DNA of 64,000 nucleotides from Alphaproteobacteria bacterium (GTDB taxonomy: Bacteria; Pseudomonadota; Alphaproteobacteria; CALKHQ01): assembly GCA_965227515.1 (NCBI GenBank), contig CBDDFZ010000001.1, positions 2,496,001-2,560,000 of the forward strand. Reading direction: 5' to 3'. A program made the position numbers and the translations under genes. The notes beneath the pieces were generated by a model. The model was not told where the DNA came from and made no database searches. It saw nothing but the letters and a program-made list of their open reading frames with translations. This document shows, piece by piece, positions 10,844 to 24,006 of this stretch (its first letter is position 1; each line of letters begins with the position of its first letter).

Positions 10844-12250
10844 TCACATAGCGCTGATTGCGCGTTTCGCTTCTAAAAAGTCTGAATTATCCAAAAAATA
10901 AAATCTCTCAAAATACCTTACCTTCTCAGACCCGGTCAAGGTTGAATCATGAAATGCTGTGATCTCCCTCAGGTTGCCATCTGGCATCATTATCATGAGG
11001 CGTTTATGAGCCTTCTGGTCATCAGCACCAATTTCGCCATACAAAGACAATTTCGCGACATCATTTAAGACTACAGTGCCCATTTTGTCGGAAAATTTCC
11101 TTAGTAGGGCGCTTTTTATACGTCTTTGCTTCTCAAAATCATCTGGGAAGGTGTTTTGGATATCTATGCATTTTGGCTTTTCTCTATGGAGAATTCTTCG
11201 AGCTACATCACGAAGCGGTCCAGTCCCAAACATAGCTATGTCATGGATTGCCCCCCAGACAACTGTATCGTCCAATGCCCTATAATTACTGAGAGTCTCG
11301 CCACCAAGAGAAAAAAATTTAATCACCGGGTTTGTATTAGCTAAGCCTGATATGCAATTACCATCATTGATTTCATCAGAAACTAGGCGGAAAAATGCCG
11401 AAATCATCTGCTCGATGCCACGGGTGGTTTTGTGAAAATATACGTTTGTGTAGAGTCTATATCTGGACAATAAAAAGTCTTCTGCAGCGTCGCGTGCTTT
11501 GTGATACAGGCAGAAGCTATGGCCAATAATCTCACTATCGGTGTTGTCTGCTTCAGCAGGAGAAAAATCAATTGCGGCGACCCGGGCGTTATCCATCAAC
11601 CATTCTAAATCAATTGCACCGGATCCGGTGCCGGTCATATATCTGTCTCGGACAAGATAATCGAGTCGATCAGCGTCAAACGAGCTTGATACAATAGCGT
11701 GGTACATGTCTTCGGGCGTATCGTTCTCGAACAGATGAGCCACCTGATCGACATCGATATTTTCGGCAGTTAAAATAGAATGGATTTCCCCCTCGTTGTC
11801 TCTGATCATATCAGCAGTAAATTTTTCATGCGCGCGAATCGTATCGGATGCCCCACCTCTTTTCTTTGCAATGGATTTGCGCGCTTCTTCGAATGCATGG
11901 CTGAATGGTCCATGCCCTATATCATGCAGCAACGCTCCTAATACGCAAATTTTTGCACGTTCTTCGTCAAAGCTACCTTCGACACGTTCAGAGTCGATCT
12001 CTCGCTTGATAAGTTTGACGAGCCGCCGGGCGTTATGGAAAACACCCACTGAGTGTGCAAATCGCGTATGGCTGGCGGATGGGTAAACGAACTCGGAGAC
12101 GCCCAACTGCTTGATGCGTCGAAGACGCTGGAAGTCCGGAGTTTCGAGAAGCCTCCACGCGACTTTGTCAATGGGATCATCGAGTTCGAACACGATGATG
12201 TCGTGGATCGGATCACGCAATCGTTCTGTTTTTGTATGGCCAATGGTCAT
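10844..12250 (-). CDS. HD-domain phosphohydrolase, SAMHD1/YwfO-like putative dNTP triphosphohydrolase
   Basis: RDPIH, FQRLRRIKQLG, HTRFAHSVGV, LLHDIGHGPFSHAFE, DADRLDYLVRD, VYFHKTTR. Confidence 0.92.
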   Translation of the reverse strand: MTIGHTKTERLRDPIHDIIVFELDDPIDKVAWRLLETPDFQRLRRIKQLGVSEFVYPSASHTRFAHSVGVFHNARRLVKLIKREIDSERVEGSFDEERAKICVLGALLHDIGHGPFSHAFEEARKSIAKKRGGASDTIRAHEKFTADMIRDNEGEIHSILTAENIDVDQVAHLFENDTPEDMYHAIVSSSFDADRLDYLVRDRYMTGTGSGAIDLEWLMDNARVAAIDFSPAEADNTDSEIIGHSFCLYHKARDAAEDFLLSRYRLYTNVYFHKTTRGIEQMISAFFRLVSDEINDGNCISGLANTNPVIKFFSLGGETLSNYRALDDTVVWGAIHDIAMFGTGPLRDVARRILHREKPKCIDIQNTFPDDFEKQRRIKSALLRKFSDKMGTVVLNDVAKLSLYGEIGADDQKAHKRLMIMMPDGNLREITAFHDSTLTGSEKVRYFERFYFLDNSDFLEAKRAISAM

Positions 12251-12366
12251 GTGAACGTGCATAGAACAGATGATTGAGGATGTCAACCGAATCGCCAGCT
12301 AGATGGGCAACAGAGAATGCGCTACTTAGACGAAATGGTACTGTATGGCAAAGTATGGGACGAACC

Positions 12367-13824
12367 ATGGCGCTGATCCGAGGCACCACCGGCGATTGGG
12401 AACTGGTGATCGGGCTGGAAGTCCACGCCCAGGTCATGTCCGACGCCAAGCTGTTCTCAGGCGCGGCCACCGCGTTCGGCGCCGAGCCCAACCACCAGGT
12501 CAGCCTGGTCGACGCCGCCATGCCCGGCATGCTGCCGGTGATCAATGGCGCCTGCGTGCGCCAGGCGGTGCGCACCGGCCTCGGCCTGGGCGCCGAGATC
12601 AACCTGCGCTCCATCTTCGACCGCAAGAACTACTTCTACCCGGACCTGCCGCAGGGCTATCAGATCAGCCAGTACAAGGACCCGGTGGTCGGCCGCGGCG
12701 CGGTGGAGATCGACCTGGAGGATGGGTCGACCAAGACCATTCATATCGAGCGCCTGCACCTGGAGCAGGATGCCGGCAAATCGGTGCACGACCGCGACCC
12801 GCGCGTCACCTGCATCGACCTCAACCGCTCCGGCGTCGCGCTGATGGAGATCGTGTCGGAGCCGGACATGCGCTCGGCCGACGAGGCGGCGGCCTACGTC
12901 ACCAAGCTGCGCGCGATCATGCGCTATCTCGGCACCTGCGACGGCAACATGGAGGAGGGGTCGCTGCGCGCCGACGTCAACGTTTCGGTGCGGCGCGCCG
13001 GGGCCAACGAATACGGCACCCGTTGCGAGATCAAGAACGTCAACTCGATCCGTTTCATGCGCCAGGCCATCGCGTTCGAGGCGCACCGCCAGATCGAGAT
13101 CCTGGAGGATGGCGGCAGCATCGACCAGGAGACCCGGCTGTTCGACGCCAAGCGCGGCGAGACGCGGTCCATGCGCTCCAAGGAGGAGGCGCACGACTAT
13201 CGCTATTTCCCCGATCCCGACCTGTTGCCGCTGGAGCTCGACGCCGACTGGGTCGAGGAACTGCGCGCCGGCCTGCCCGAACTGCCCGACGCCAAGAAGC
13301 AGCGCTTCATGGCCGACTTCGGTCTCGGAGCCGAAGATGCCGCCGTGCTGGTGGCCGAGCGCGAGGCGGCCGAGTACTACGAGCGTGTCGTGGCCGTCGG
13401 CGGTGAGCCGAAGCTGGCGGCGAACTGGGTGGTCACCGAGCTGTTCGGCGCGCTGAACCGGGCCGGGCAGGGCATCGCGGACTCGCCCGTCTCGGCGGAG
13501 GATTTGGGCGGGCTGATCAAGCTGATCGCCGACGACACCATCTCCGGGCGCATCGCCAAGGACGTGTTCGCGGAGATGATGCAGACCGGCAAGCCCGCGA
13601 ACCAGATCGTCGAGGAAAAGGGCCTGCGCCAGATCACCGACACCGGCGCGATCGAGACCGCCATCGACGAGCTGATCGCCGCCAACCCGGACCAGGTGGC
13701 CGGCTACCGCGGCGGCAACCAGAAGCTGATCGGCTGGTTCGTCGGCCAGGTGATGAAGGCGACCCAGGGCAAGGCCAACCCGAAACTGGTCAACCAGGTG
13801 CTGCGGGCCAAGCTCGATGGCTGA
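12367..13824 (+). CDS. gatB: Asp/Glu-tRNA amidotransferase subunit B
   Basis: [52 protein letters not shown]. Confidence 0.98.
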   Translation: MALIRGTTGDWELVIGLEVHAQVMSDAKLFSGAATAFGAEPNHQVSLVDAAMPGMLPVINGACVRQAVRTGLGLGAEINLRSIFDRKNYFYPDLPQGYQISQYKDPVVGRGAVEIDLEDGSTKTIHIERLHLEQDAGKSVHDRDPRVTCIDLNRSGVALMEIVSEPDMRSADEAAAYVTKLRAIMRYLGTCDGNMEEGSLRADVNVSVRRAGANEYGTRCEIKNVNSIRFMRQAIAFEAHRQIEILEDGGSIDQETRLFDAKRGETRSMRSKEEAHDYRYFPDPDLLPLELDADWVEELRAGLPELPDAKKQRFMADFGLGAEDAAVLVAEREAAEYYERVVAVGGEPKLAANWVVTELFGALNRAGQGIADSPVSAEDLGGLIKLIADDTISGRIAKDVFAEMMQTGKPANQIVEEKGLRQITDTGAIETAIDELIAANPDQVAGYRGGNQKLIGWFVGQVMKATQGKANPKLVNQVLRAKLDG

Positions 13825-14470
13825 CGGCGTGACCGAGAACCGGCCCATCGTCGACGACCCGGACGGCCCCGGCGCGTTCTGGGACGCCAAGTACCAGGAC
13901 GACGCCTACTTCTACGGCACCGAGCCGAACGCGTGGCTGACCCGCCAGCGCCATCGGCTGCCCGACGGCGGGCAGGTGCTTTCGGTGGCTGACGGCGAGG
14001 GTCGCAACGGCGTGTGGCTGGCCGGACAGGGCATGAAAGTGACGTCGGTCGATGCGTCCGGCCGCGCCCAGGCGAAGGCGAGCGCGCTGGCGCTGAAGCG
14101 CGGCGTGGCGCTAACCCAGGTCACCGCCGACCTCACCACCTGGGACTGGCCGACCGGCAAGTTCGACGCGGTGGTGGCTATTTTCGCCCATTTCCGGCGC
14201 GACCAGCGGCCGTCGATCCACCGCAACATGCTGGCCGCCTGCAAGCCCGGCGGTCTGGTGCTGCTGGAGGCGTTCTCGCCCTACCAGCGCATCTACGGCA
14301 CCGGTGGGCCGAAGGACATCGACATGCTCTACACCGCCCAGCGCCTGCGCGAGGATTTCGCCGACGCGGAAATCCTGGAGGTGGCGGAGGTGGAAGTCGA
14401 ACTCGACGAGGGCCCGGGCCACCGCGGCCCGTCGGCGGTGGCGCACATCGTGGCGCGTCGGCGGCCCTAG
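13817..14470 (+). CDS. Class I SAM-dependent methyltransferase
   Basis: [41 protein letters not shown]. Confidence 0.9.
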   Translation: MADGVTENRPIVDDPDGPGAFWDAKYQDDAYFYGTEPNAWLTRQRHRLPDGGQVLSVADGEGRNGVWLAGQGMKVTSVDASGRAQAKASALALKRGVALTQVTADLTTWDWPTGKFDAVVAIFAHFRRDQRPSIHRNMLAACKPGGLVLLEAFSPYQRIYGTGGPKDIDMLYTAQRLREDFADAEILEVAEVEVELDEGPGHRGPSAVAHIVARRRP

Positions 14471-14517
14471 AGCTGACGGTGGCCATAGCAGACCAAGTCG
14501 GCAGCACAACACAACCT

Positions 14518-14642
14518 GTCATGGTCGGGCTTGGTGAGCCCGCCCTTGGGCCGGCCTCCGGCCGGTCCCGAGGGACCATCCACGAGCTGGCCGCTCAAGC
14601 GGCCAACAAGACGTGGATGCCCGCAACAAGTGCGGGCATGAC
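14518..14642. repeat. REP-like palindromic element, family A, with a nested ~40 bp insert
   Basis: gtcatggtcgggcttg...accatccacg...cgtggatgcccgcaacaagtgcgggcatgac; near-identical to 19336-19425 outside the insert. Confidence 0.85.
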
Positions 14643-14678
14643 GAATATGGTTTGGGCAATTGTGTATGGTTCGGCGCC

Positions 14679-15371
14679 ATGATCATCCCGCTCTATGACG
14701 GCAATCCGCGCCACCGCATCCCGTTCCAGTGGGTCACGGTGCTGCTGATCGGCGTCTGCGGCGTGGCGTTCCTCTACCAGCTCACTCTCTCAAGCGACGG
14801 CGAGGGCCTGCTCTATTGCCGCCTCGGCATGATCCCGGCCGACCTGTTCAACGTCTACGAATTGCCGGCGATGTGCGAGGTCGTGCCGGACTACGTGACG
14901 CTGCTGACGTCGGCGTTCCTGCATGCCGACTGGTGGCACCTGCTTGGCAACATGCTGTTCCTGTGGGTGTTCGGCGACAATGTCGAAGACGCCATGGGCC
15001 ATGTCCCGTTCATCGTCTTCTACGTCGTGTGCGCCGGCCTGTCGGCGCTGGCCCACGGCCTGATCGACACGGACTCGCTGTCGCCGCTGATCGGCGCCAG
15101 CGGCGCGATCTCCGGCGTCATGGGCGCCTATCTGATGCTGCACCCGCGCAAGGGCGTTTGGGTGCTGATCCTGATGCGGGTGCCGTTCAAGCTGCCGGCG
15201 TGGATCGCGCTAGGTGCCTGGTTCGGCTACCAGATCTTCAACGCCGTGTTCCTGGCAACCGACTACGACGCGACCGCCTGGGTCGCGCACATCGCCGGCT
15301 TCGTCGCCGGCGCGGCCCTCATCATCCCGATGCGCCACAAGTCGGTGCCGTTGTTCGACGGCAAGCGTTAG
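14679..15371 (+). CDS. Rhomboid family intramembrane serine protease
   Basis: FLHADWWHLLGNMLFLWVFGDNVED, IGASGAISG, AWVAHIAGF. Confidence 0.95.
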   Translation: MIIPLYDGNPRHRIPFQWVTVLLIGVCGVAFLYQLTLSSDGEGLLYCRLGMIPADLFNVYELPAMCEVVPDYVTLLTSAFLHADWWHLLGNMLFLWVFGDNVEDAMGHVPFIVFYVVCAGLSALAHGLIDTDSLSPLIGASGAISGVMGAYLMLHPRKGVWVLILMRVPFKLPAWIALGAWFGYQIFNAVFLATDYDATAWVAHIAGFVAGAALIIPMRHKSVPLFDGKR

Positions 15372-15394
15372 TTGGGCGAACGCGGCGCTGGGCG

Positions 15395-15790
15395 CTACTC
15401 GCAGAGAACGAATGAGCCGTGGCGGCTCTGCCACGCCTCCAGTTCGGCCGCGTCGGTCTGGCCGCCGATCCGGTAGTCGATGATCTCCAGCTTGCCGCCG
15501 GCGGGCAGCAACTCGATCACGTGGCCGGCCGGCTCCATCATCTCGGCGACGATGGTGCCACTGGCGGAGATCTCGTACTTGGCGACGGTCTGCGGGTCGC
15601 GGCCGTTGCCTGCCTGGATCTGCACCATGAAGTCGTCGGTCACGATGATGTATTCGCCGTCGGCGCCGCACCCGAGACGGCCCGCGGTGTCGCCGTAGCT
15701 GCCGGCCAGGGCCGATGGCTCCAGTGCCTGGGCGGCCGCGATGGGCAGGGCGAAACAGGCAAGGGCGATCAGGCTGGTGGTCAGGCGCAT
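15395..15790 (-). CDS. Hypothetical exported protein
   Basis: Signal peptide (LIALACFALPIAAAQA), genome-typical codon usage, two Cys in the mature part. Confidence 0.65.
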   Translation of the reverse strand: MRLTTSLIALACFALPIAAAQALEPSALAGSYGDTAGRLGCGADGEYIIVTDDFMVQIQAGNGRDPQTVAKYEISASGTIVAEMMEPAGHVIELLPAGGKLEIIDYRIGGQTDAAELEAWQSRHGSFVLCE

Positions 15791-15898
15791 GTCATGGCTC
15801 CGGAACATATTTCTTGAATTCGGATCGGCGTCGATATCGCGGCAATATGGCGATTTGCCGGCATGGCCGTGCGCGCGGTCACACCTTGGTCTGTCGCA

Positions 15899-19273
<3,375 letters not shown>

Positions 19274-19335
19274 CGGGCCTCGCAGGCCATGACAAAACTC
19301 CATTGTCGTCCTTGACTGGCTCCTACAACTTCATC

Positions 19336-19425
19336 GTCATGGTCGGGCTTGACCCGACCATCCACGAGGATGGCCGCTCAAGCGGCCAATAAGACGTGGA
19401 TGCCCGCAACAAGTGCGGGCATGAC
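19336..19425. repeat. REP-like palindromic element, family A
   Basis: gtcatggtcgggcttgacccgaccatccacg...cgtggatgcccgcaacaagtgcgggcatgac, between imuB and dnaE2. Confidence 0.88.
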
Positions 19426-19445
19426 GGGGTTGGTGAAGTCGTGCC

Positions 19446-21209
19446 TCACCCGAACACCCCATGCACGAACCAGCGCGATGTAGGCGCGGTGGGCGAGGGG
19501 GCGCGGTAGAGCCAGAACCGGCGGCCGTCGACAACCTCGACGCAGTAGTAGTCGCGGGTGTCTTTTTGCGCCTCGCCTAAGTCGGTACCGGCCCACACCC
19601 CCTCCCGGCCGCCCAGATACGATACTGCCGTTGGGTGGCCGGGAGGGGGTGTGGGCCGGTGCCGATTAAAATCATCCAATGCCCGCCACCATTCCGGGGC
19701 CAGCCGTTCCGGGCCCTGGGCGCGGGCGACATCAAGCGTCTGCCGGCGCCAGCGGAAGCGGGTCGGCGGTGACGCGGGGTCGGCGGCGATGGCGTCCACC
19801 GGCTCCGGGCGCGGCAGCAGACGCGGCGGCCGCGGTGCCTGCTCCGGGTCGGCGGCGGGCCAGGTGCGCGCGGTCGCCGCGGTCGCTGCCGGCACCGCCG
19901 TCCACGCCCGTTCCGGCCAATGGCTCTCCTGCACCGCCAGGCGGTAGACGTTCTTGCGCCCCAGCCGGTTGAGCAGGCGGTCGAGCAGGGCGTCGCGCGC
20001 CGGCAGGTCGGGCGCGCCCGCTGCCTTCTCGCCGCCGGCGACCGCCAGCCCGGCCTGGGGGGTGGCGAACGCCTGGGTCGCGGTCGCGGTCAGCCGCACG
20101 ATCTCGATGCCGAAACCGGGGTCGATCAGCCCCAGCCGGTCGCCGAACAGCCGGGCCAGATGGGTGCGGTCGCGTGCCGGGCGTCCGGTGCCGACGCGCA
20201 CGTGCGCCACGTCACCGTCGACCCGGTAGCAGGCGAAATCGAGCCGGCGCGCGCCCTGGCCGGCGTCGGTGAGCTGGCGCTGCAGGTCGTCGAGCAGCAG
20301 GTCGAGGGCGGCGGCGATGTCCTCGGGCCGGCCGATCGGTTCTGCGAACTGGCGGCAGGCAGTGTAAACCTCGGCCGGCTGGCGCGGCGAGATCGGCTCG
20401 GCAACCGCGCCCAATGCCTCGTCGAGCCGGTGCAGCAGGCGCGTGGCGAAGCGCTGGGTGACCGCGCCGCGCGGCAGGTCGTAGAGATCGCCGATCCGGC
20501 GCAGGCCGAGCCGGCCGAGATCGGATGCGATGTCGGCCGGCAGCCGCAGGGCGGCGATCGGCAATGGCGCCAGAGCCTGCCGCTGTTCGCCCGGCGACAC
20601 CACTTGGTCCTGGTCCGGCGCGGCGAAGCGCGCGATGGCCCAGGCCGCGCCCGGGGTGTCGGCGATGGCGGCACGGGCGGTGAAGCCGCCGGCCTCCAGC
20701 CGCGCCAGCAAGTCGTCGCGCAATCCTGCCTCGCCGCCGAACAGGTGGGCGCAGCCCTGGATGTCGAGCCACAGTCCGGCACCGCCGCCGAACTCCGCCC
20801 CGCCGTCCGCCACCCAGGGCGAATAGCGCCCGCACCAGTCGGCCAGCCGGCTGCGGGCATGGGCCTCCGCCGCCGGATCGGCATCCAGCAGCGTCAGGTT
20901 GGGAGCGATGGCGCGGGCGTCGGTGACCGCCATGCCGGGGGCAAGCCCGGCCTCCACCGCCTGGCCATCGGCGGCGTGCAGCGCCCGCCGGCCCCGCACC
21001 TCCATGACTAGGCCCAGCGGTGCCAGGGGAGATGGGGCCAGGGAAGACGGCGCGCGCTCAGCCGGTGCGCCGTGCGCGACCTGGCGGCGCCGTACCAGAT
21101 CGGTCGCAAACCGCGGCAGCCACAGCGACACGATTCGTCGTGACGTTGGGCGTGACGTTGGCCGTGACGTTGGGCGCGATGTCCCGCGAGACGGCTGCTG
21201 TTCCGTCAT
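19446..21209 (-). CDS. imuB: Y-family polymerase-like protein ImuB
   Basis: [54 protein letters not shown]; lies between imuA and dnaE2. Confidence 0.93.
   Translation of the reverse strand: MTEQQPSRGTSRPTSRPTSRPTSRRIVSLWLPRFATDLVRRRQVAHGAPAERAPSSLAPSPLAPLGLVMEVRGRRALHAADGQAVEAGLAPGMAVTDARAIAPNLTLLDADPAAEAHARSRLADWCGRYSPWVADGGAEFGGGAGLWLDIQGCAHLFGGEAGLRDDLLARLEAGGFTARAAIADTPGAAWAIARFAAPDQDQVVSPGEQRQALAPLPIAALRLPADIASDLGRLGLRRIGDLYDLPRGAVTQRFATRLLHRLDEALGAVAEPISPRQPAEVYTACRQFAEPIGRPEDIAAALDLLLDDLQRQLTDAGQGARRLDFACYRVDGDVAHVRVGTGRPARDRTHLARLFGDRLGLIDPGFGIEIVRLTATATQAFATPQAGLAVAGGEKAAGAPDLPARDALLDRLLNRLGRKNVYRLAVQESHWPERAWTAVPAATAATARTWPAADPEQAPRPPRLLPRPEPVDAIAADPASPPTRFRWRRQTLDVARAQGPERLAPEWWRALDDFNRHRPTPPPGHPTAVSYLGGREGVWAGTDLGEAQKDTRDYYCVEVVDGRRFWLYRAPSPTAPTSRWFVHGVFG
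19582..19665. repeat. 84-bp palindromic REP element inserted in frame within imuB
   Basis: Long inverted repeat ccggcccacaccccctcccggccgccca / tgggtggccgggagggggtgtgggccgg; same family as 24617-24680. Confidence 0.85.
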
Positions 21210-21981
21210 CACCCGATCCTCCGATGTTGCCCCCGATATCAACAGAGACATCCCACTCTCCCGTCACGCCCGCGCGGCTGCGCACCAGGGCCAGGCGCCA
21301 ATGGGCGCGCCGCCCGATCTCGTTGTGCCGGTCTTCGCTTTCCCCGGGCGGTGGCCGGCTGGTCACGAACCAGCGGGTAGCCGCGGCGCTGGCGCCCATC
21401 GCCTGGGCGGCCGCCGGATCGCGCCGGCCGGGCGGCGGCGCACGCAGCAGGATGCCGAGCGCGCCATGGGTGGCGGCGGCCAGGTGCAGGCGCCGGCTGG
21501 CGGTCAGGCCTACTGCCTCGCCGGCCAGGAAGGTGGCGGCGACCATGCCGATGCCGGGGCAGCGCAGCCCCTCCTCCATCGCCCACAGCCGGTCGATGCG
21601 GTCGCCGGCCTGTGCCATCACCATGAGGTCGGGATCGAGCCCGTGGCACGCTAGGCCGGGGCCATAGAGCGCGCGGTCCGGCGCGCACCACAGCAGCGAG
21701 GCGGGCGGCGGGGTGCCGCAAGCGGCCAGCAACCGGCCGATCAGCCAGAGCACGAAGCCGGTGCCGGCGCCCAGCACCTCGCCCACCACTTCGTGCAGCG
21801 CGCCGCGGGCGAGCCCGCCGCCGGGCAGCCGGGCGTCGATCGCGTCCAGGCCCAATGGAATGCGGGCCGGTGCACCGCGTGCGCCATGGTCTGCGCTGTC
21901 ATACCCACTGGCATATCCAGCACCGCGCTCGAGCCGGGCGATGGCGCTCTTCAGGTCGGCTAGGGGTGTCGGCTGGGTCAT
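21058..21981 (-). CDS. imuA: ImuA (RecA/SulA-like) protein
   Basis: [57 protein letters not shown]. Confidence 0.92.
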   Translation of the reverse strand: MTQPTPLADLKSAIARLERGAGYASGYDSADHGARGAPARIPLGLDAIDARLPGGGLARGALHEVVGEVLGAGTGFVLWLIGRLLAACGTPPPASLLWCAPDRALYGPGLACHGLDPDLMVMAQAGDRIDRLWAMEEGLRCPGIGMVAATFLAGEAVGLTASRRLHLAAATHGALGILLRAPPPGRRDPAAAQAMGASAAATRWFVTSRPPPGESEDRHNEIGRRAHWRLALVRSRAGVTGEWDVSVDIGGNIGGSGDDGTAAVSRDIAPNVTANVTPNVTTNRVAVAAAVCDRSGTAPPGRARRTG

Positions 21982-22024
21982 GGTCCGATGCTGGGGTCCG
22001 GTGCTGGGATCCGATGCGCGGCAT

Positions 22025-22154
22025 GTTCGAATGTTCACAAATGTTCTATCTAAATGGCCCCCGTTCGTCAATCATATGTTCTCTCTTTTTCGCGAACTTC
22101 GCCCTTGCCGCGCCACAATTCTCGGGGCAATTTGCGGCGCGAACAAACAAGAAC
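22025..22154. promoter_or_regulatory. Putative LexA (SOS) boxes upstream of imuA, N6 spacing
   Basis: GTTC-N6-GTTC at 22033-22046, GTTC-N6-TTTC at 22078-22091, GAAC-N6-GAAC at 22141-22154. Confidence 0.6.
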
Positions 22155-22219
22155 ATCGCGCCGGGACATGGGCGGTCCGCAGGCGCGCAACGGGGATGAG
22201 CGGGGATGAGCCAGGCCGC

Positions 22220-23356
22220 ATGAAGATTGACGGCACGCACCACCGCACGATCTGGGTGAACGCGGACGGCTGGTCGGTCGAGATCATCGACCAGACCAGG
22301 CTGCCCCATGCCTTCGTCACCACGACCCTGCGCTCGATGGACGAGGCGGCGCGCGCTATCGCCGACATGCTGGTGCGCGGCGCGCCCCTGATCGGCGCCA
22401 CCGCCGCCTATGGCATGTGCCTCGCCGTGCGCGACGACCCTGGCGACGACGCCATCGACCGCGCCTACGACACGCTGCTGGCGACTCGCCCGACCGCGAT
22501 CAACCTGCGCTGGGCGCTGGACGAGATGCGCCGCACCCTGGCCAACGTGCCCCACCGCGACCGGGCCGACACCGCCTATCGCCGCGCGGCGGAGATCTGC
22601 GACGAGGACGTAGCGATCAACGCGTCCATCGGCGATCACGGCCTGGGCCTGATCCGCGACCTCGCCGCCGCGAAGACGACGCCCGGCGACCCGGTGAACA
22701 TTCTGACCCACTGCAATGCCGGCTGGCTCGCCACTGTCGACTGGGGCACAGCGACCGCGCCGATCTACAAGGCGCACGACGCCGGCATCGCGGTGCATGT
22801 GTGGGTCGACGAGACCCGGCCGCGCAACCAGGGGGCGGCGCTGACTGCGTTCGAGCTCGGCCACCACGGCGTGCCGCACACGGTGATCGCCGACAATGCC
22901 GGCGGCCACCTGATGCAGCACGGCATGGTCGATATGTGCATCGTCGGCACCGACCGCACCACCCGCGCGGGCGATGTCTGCAACAAGATCGGCACCTACC
23001 TGAAGGCGCTGGCCGCCCACGACAACGGGGTGCCGTTCTATGTCGCGCTGCCGTCGCCGACCATCGACTGGACCATCCGCGACGGTGTGGCCGAGGTGCC
23101 CATCGAACAGCGTGCCGGCACCGAGCTGTCCGACGTGACAGGGCGCACCGCGGATGGCCGCATCGAAACGGTGCGGATCACGCCGGAAGGCAGCCCTTCG
23201 GGCAACTACGCCTTTGACGTCACGCCGGCGCGGCTGGTCAGCGGCCTGGTTACCGAGCGCGGCGTGTGCGCGGCCAGTGAGCCTGCAATCTCGGCGCTTT
23301 TCCCAGAGTCGGCGCTTTTGCAAGAGTCGGCGCTTTTCCCAGGGGCGGCATCGTGA
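22220..23356 (+). CDS. mtnA: S-methyl-5-thioribose-1-phosphate isomerase
   Basis: [61 protein letters not shown]. Confidence 0.96.
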   Translation: MKIDGTHHRTIWVNADGWSVEIIDQTRLPHAFVTTTLRSMDEAARAIADMLVRGAPLIGATAAYGMCLAVRDDPGDDAIDRAYDTLLATRPTAINLRWALDEMRRTLANVPHRDRADTAYRRAAEICDEDVAINASIGDHGLGLIRDLAAAKTTPGDPVNILTHCNAGWLATVDWGTATAPIYKAHDAGIAVHVWVDETRPRNQGAALTAFELGHHGVPHTVIADNAGGHLMQHGMVDMCIVGTDRTTRAGDVCNKIGTYLKALAAHDNGVPFYVALPSPTIDWTIRDGVAEVPIEQRAGTELSDVTGRTADGRIETVRITPEGSPSGNYAFDVTPARLVSGLVTERGVCAASEPAISALFPESALLQESALFPGAAS

Positions 23357-23445
23357 TATGCGACCGCGCGGCGTCGGTGCGACGGGTTGCCGAATCCGGC
23401 CGCGTCAGGCATGACATTGAAAAAAACACATGGAAGCGCAAGCAC

Positions 23446-23988
23446 ATGAGCCGGATCATCCTTTTTGCAGCCTCCGCCCTGTTGGCCGCCGTGACGGCAT
23501 GGCCGGCACTGGCGCAATCGGACCTGCTGGCCCTCAACGCGGTCGCCAGCGAGCGCATCGGCCCGACCGAATGGCGGCTGACGCTCACCTTCGGGCGCGC
23601 CGACCGGTCACCCAATGCGAGCGCGCGCTCGGTGAACGCACCGGCCCTGGGTGAGGGGCAGATCGTGCTGCAGACCGGAGACGGCCTGGCGGCACCGTTC
23701 ATCATCCATGCGATCGCGGCACCGAACGGCCCGGACATTCGCCTGCGCGCCGAATACTTCGCCGCCGGCACGCCGCCCGAAGGCTACGAGTTCCAGGTGG
23801 CTATCGTCGGCGAGGCGCGGATCGACCCCGAGCGCAGCGTGGTGCCATTCGCCCTGATCGCGCCGGGTGTGGAAGCGGAGATCATTGAGGTTGGTGATGA
23901 CGAGCTGGAGGAGCTCGATGTCGACAACAGCGAAACCTACGATCGCGACCCGGACGACATCGCGGTCGACGAGAACGCGCCGGGGTAA
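23446..23988 (+). CDS. Hypothetical exported protein with acidic tail
   Basis: Signal peptide (IILFAASALLAAVTAWPALA); Asp/Glu-rich C-terminus. Confidence 0.65.
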   Translation: MSRIILFAASALLAAVTAWPALAQSDLLALNAVASERIGPTEWRLTLTFGRADRSPNASARSVNAPALGEGQIVLQTGDGLAAPFIIHAIAAPNGPDIRLRAEYFAAGTPPEGYEFQVAIVGEARIDPERSVVPFALIAPGVEAEIIEVGDDELEELDVDNSETYDRDPDDIAVDENAPG

Positions 23989-24006
23989 GGCCGGCATGGG
24001 CAGCCC

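Larger units (their letters stand above)
10310..12366. mobile_element. Low-GC two-gene islet inserted between gatA and gatB
   Basis: Abrupt drop in GC, A/T-ending codons, genes antisense to the gat operon, flanking direct repeat; no integrase inside. Confidence 0.85.

Noticed and set aside
10310-12366. Islet as a prophage or ICE remnant
   Set aside because: No integrase, phage or conjugation genes or fragments are visible; only two cargo genes.
23291-23342. 18-bp repeat x3 at the mtnA 3' end ([12 protein letters not shown])
   Set aside because: Simple in-frame slippage in a non-conserved tail; no sign of function.
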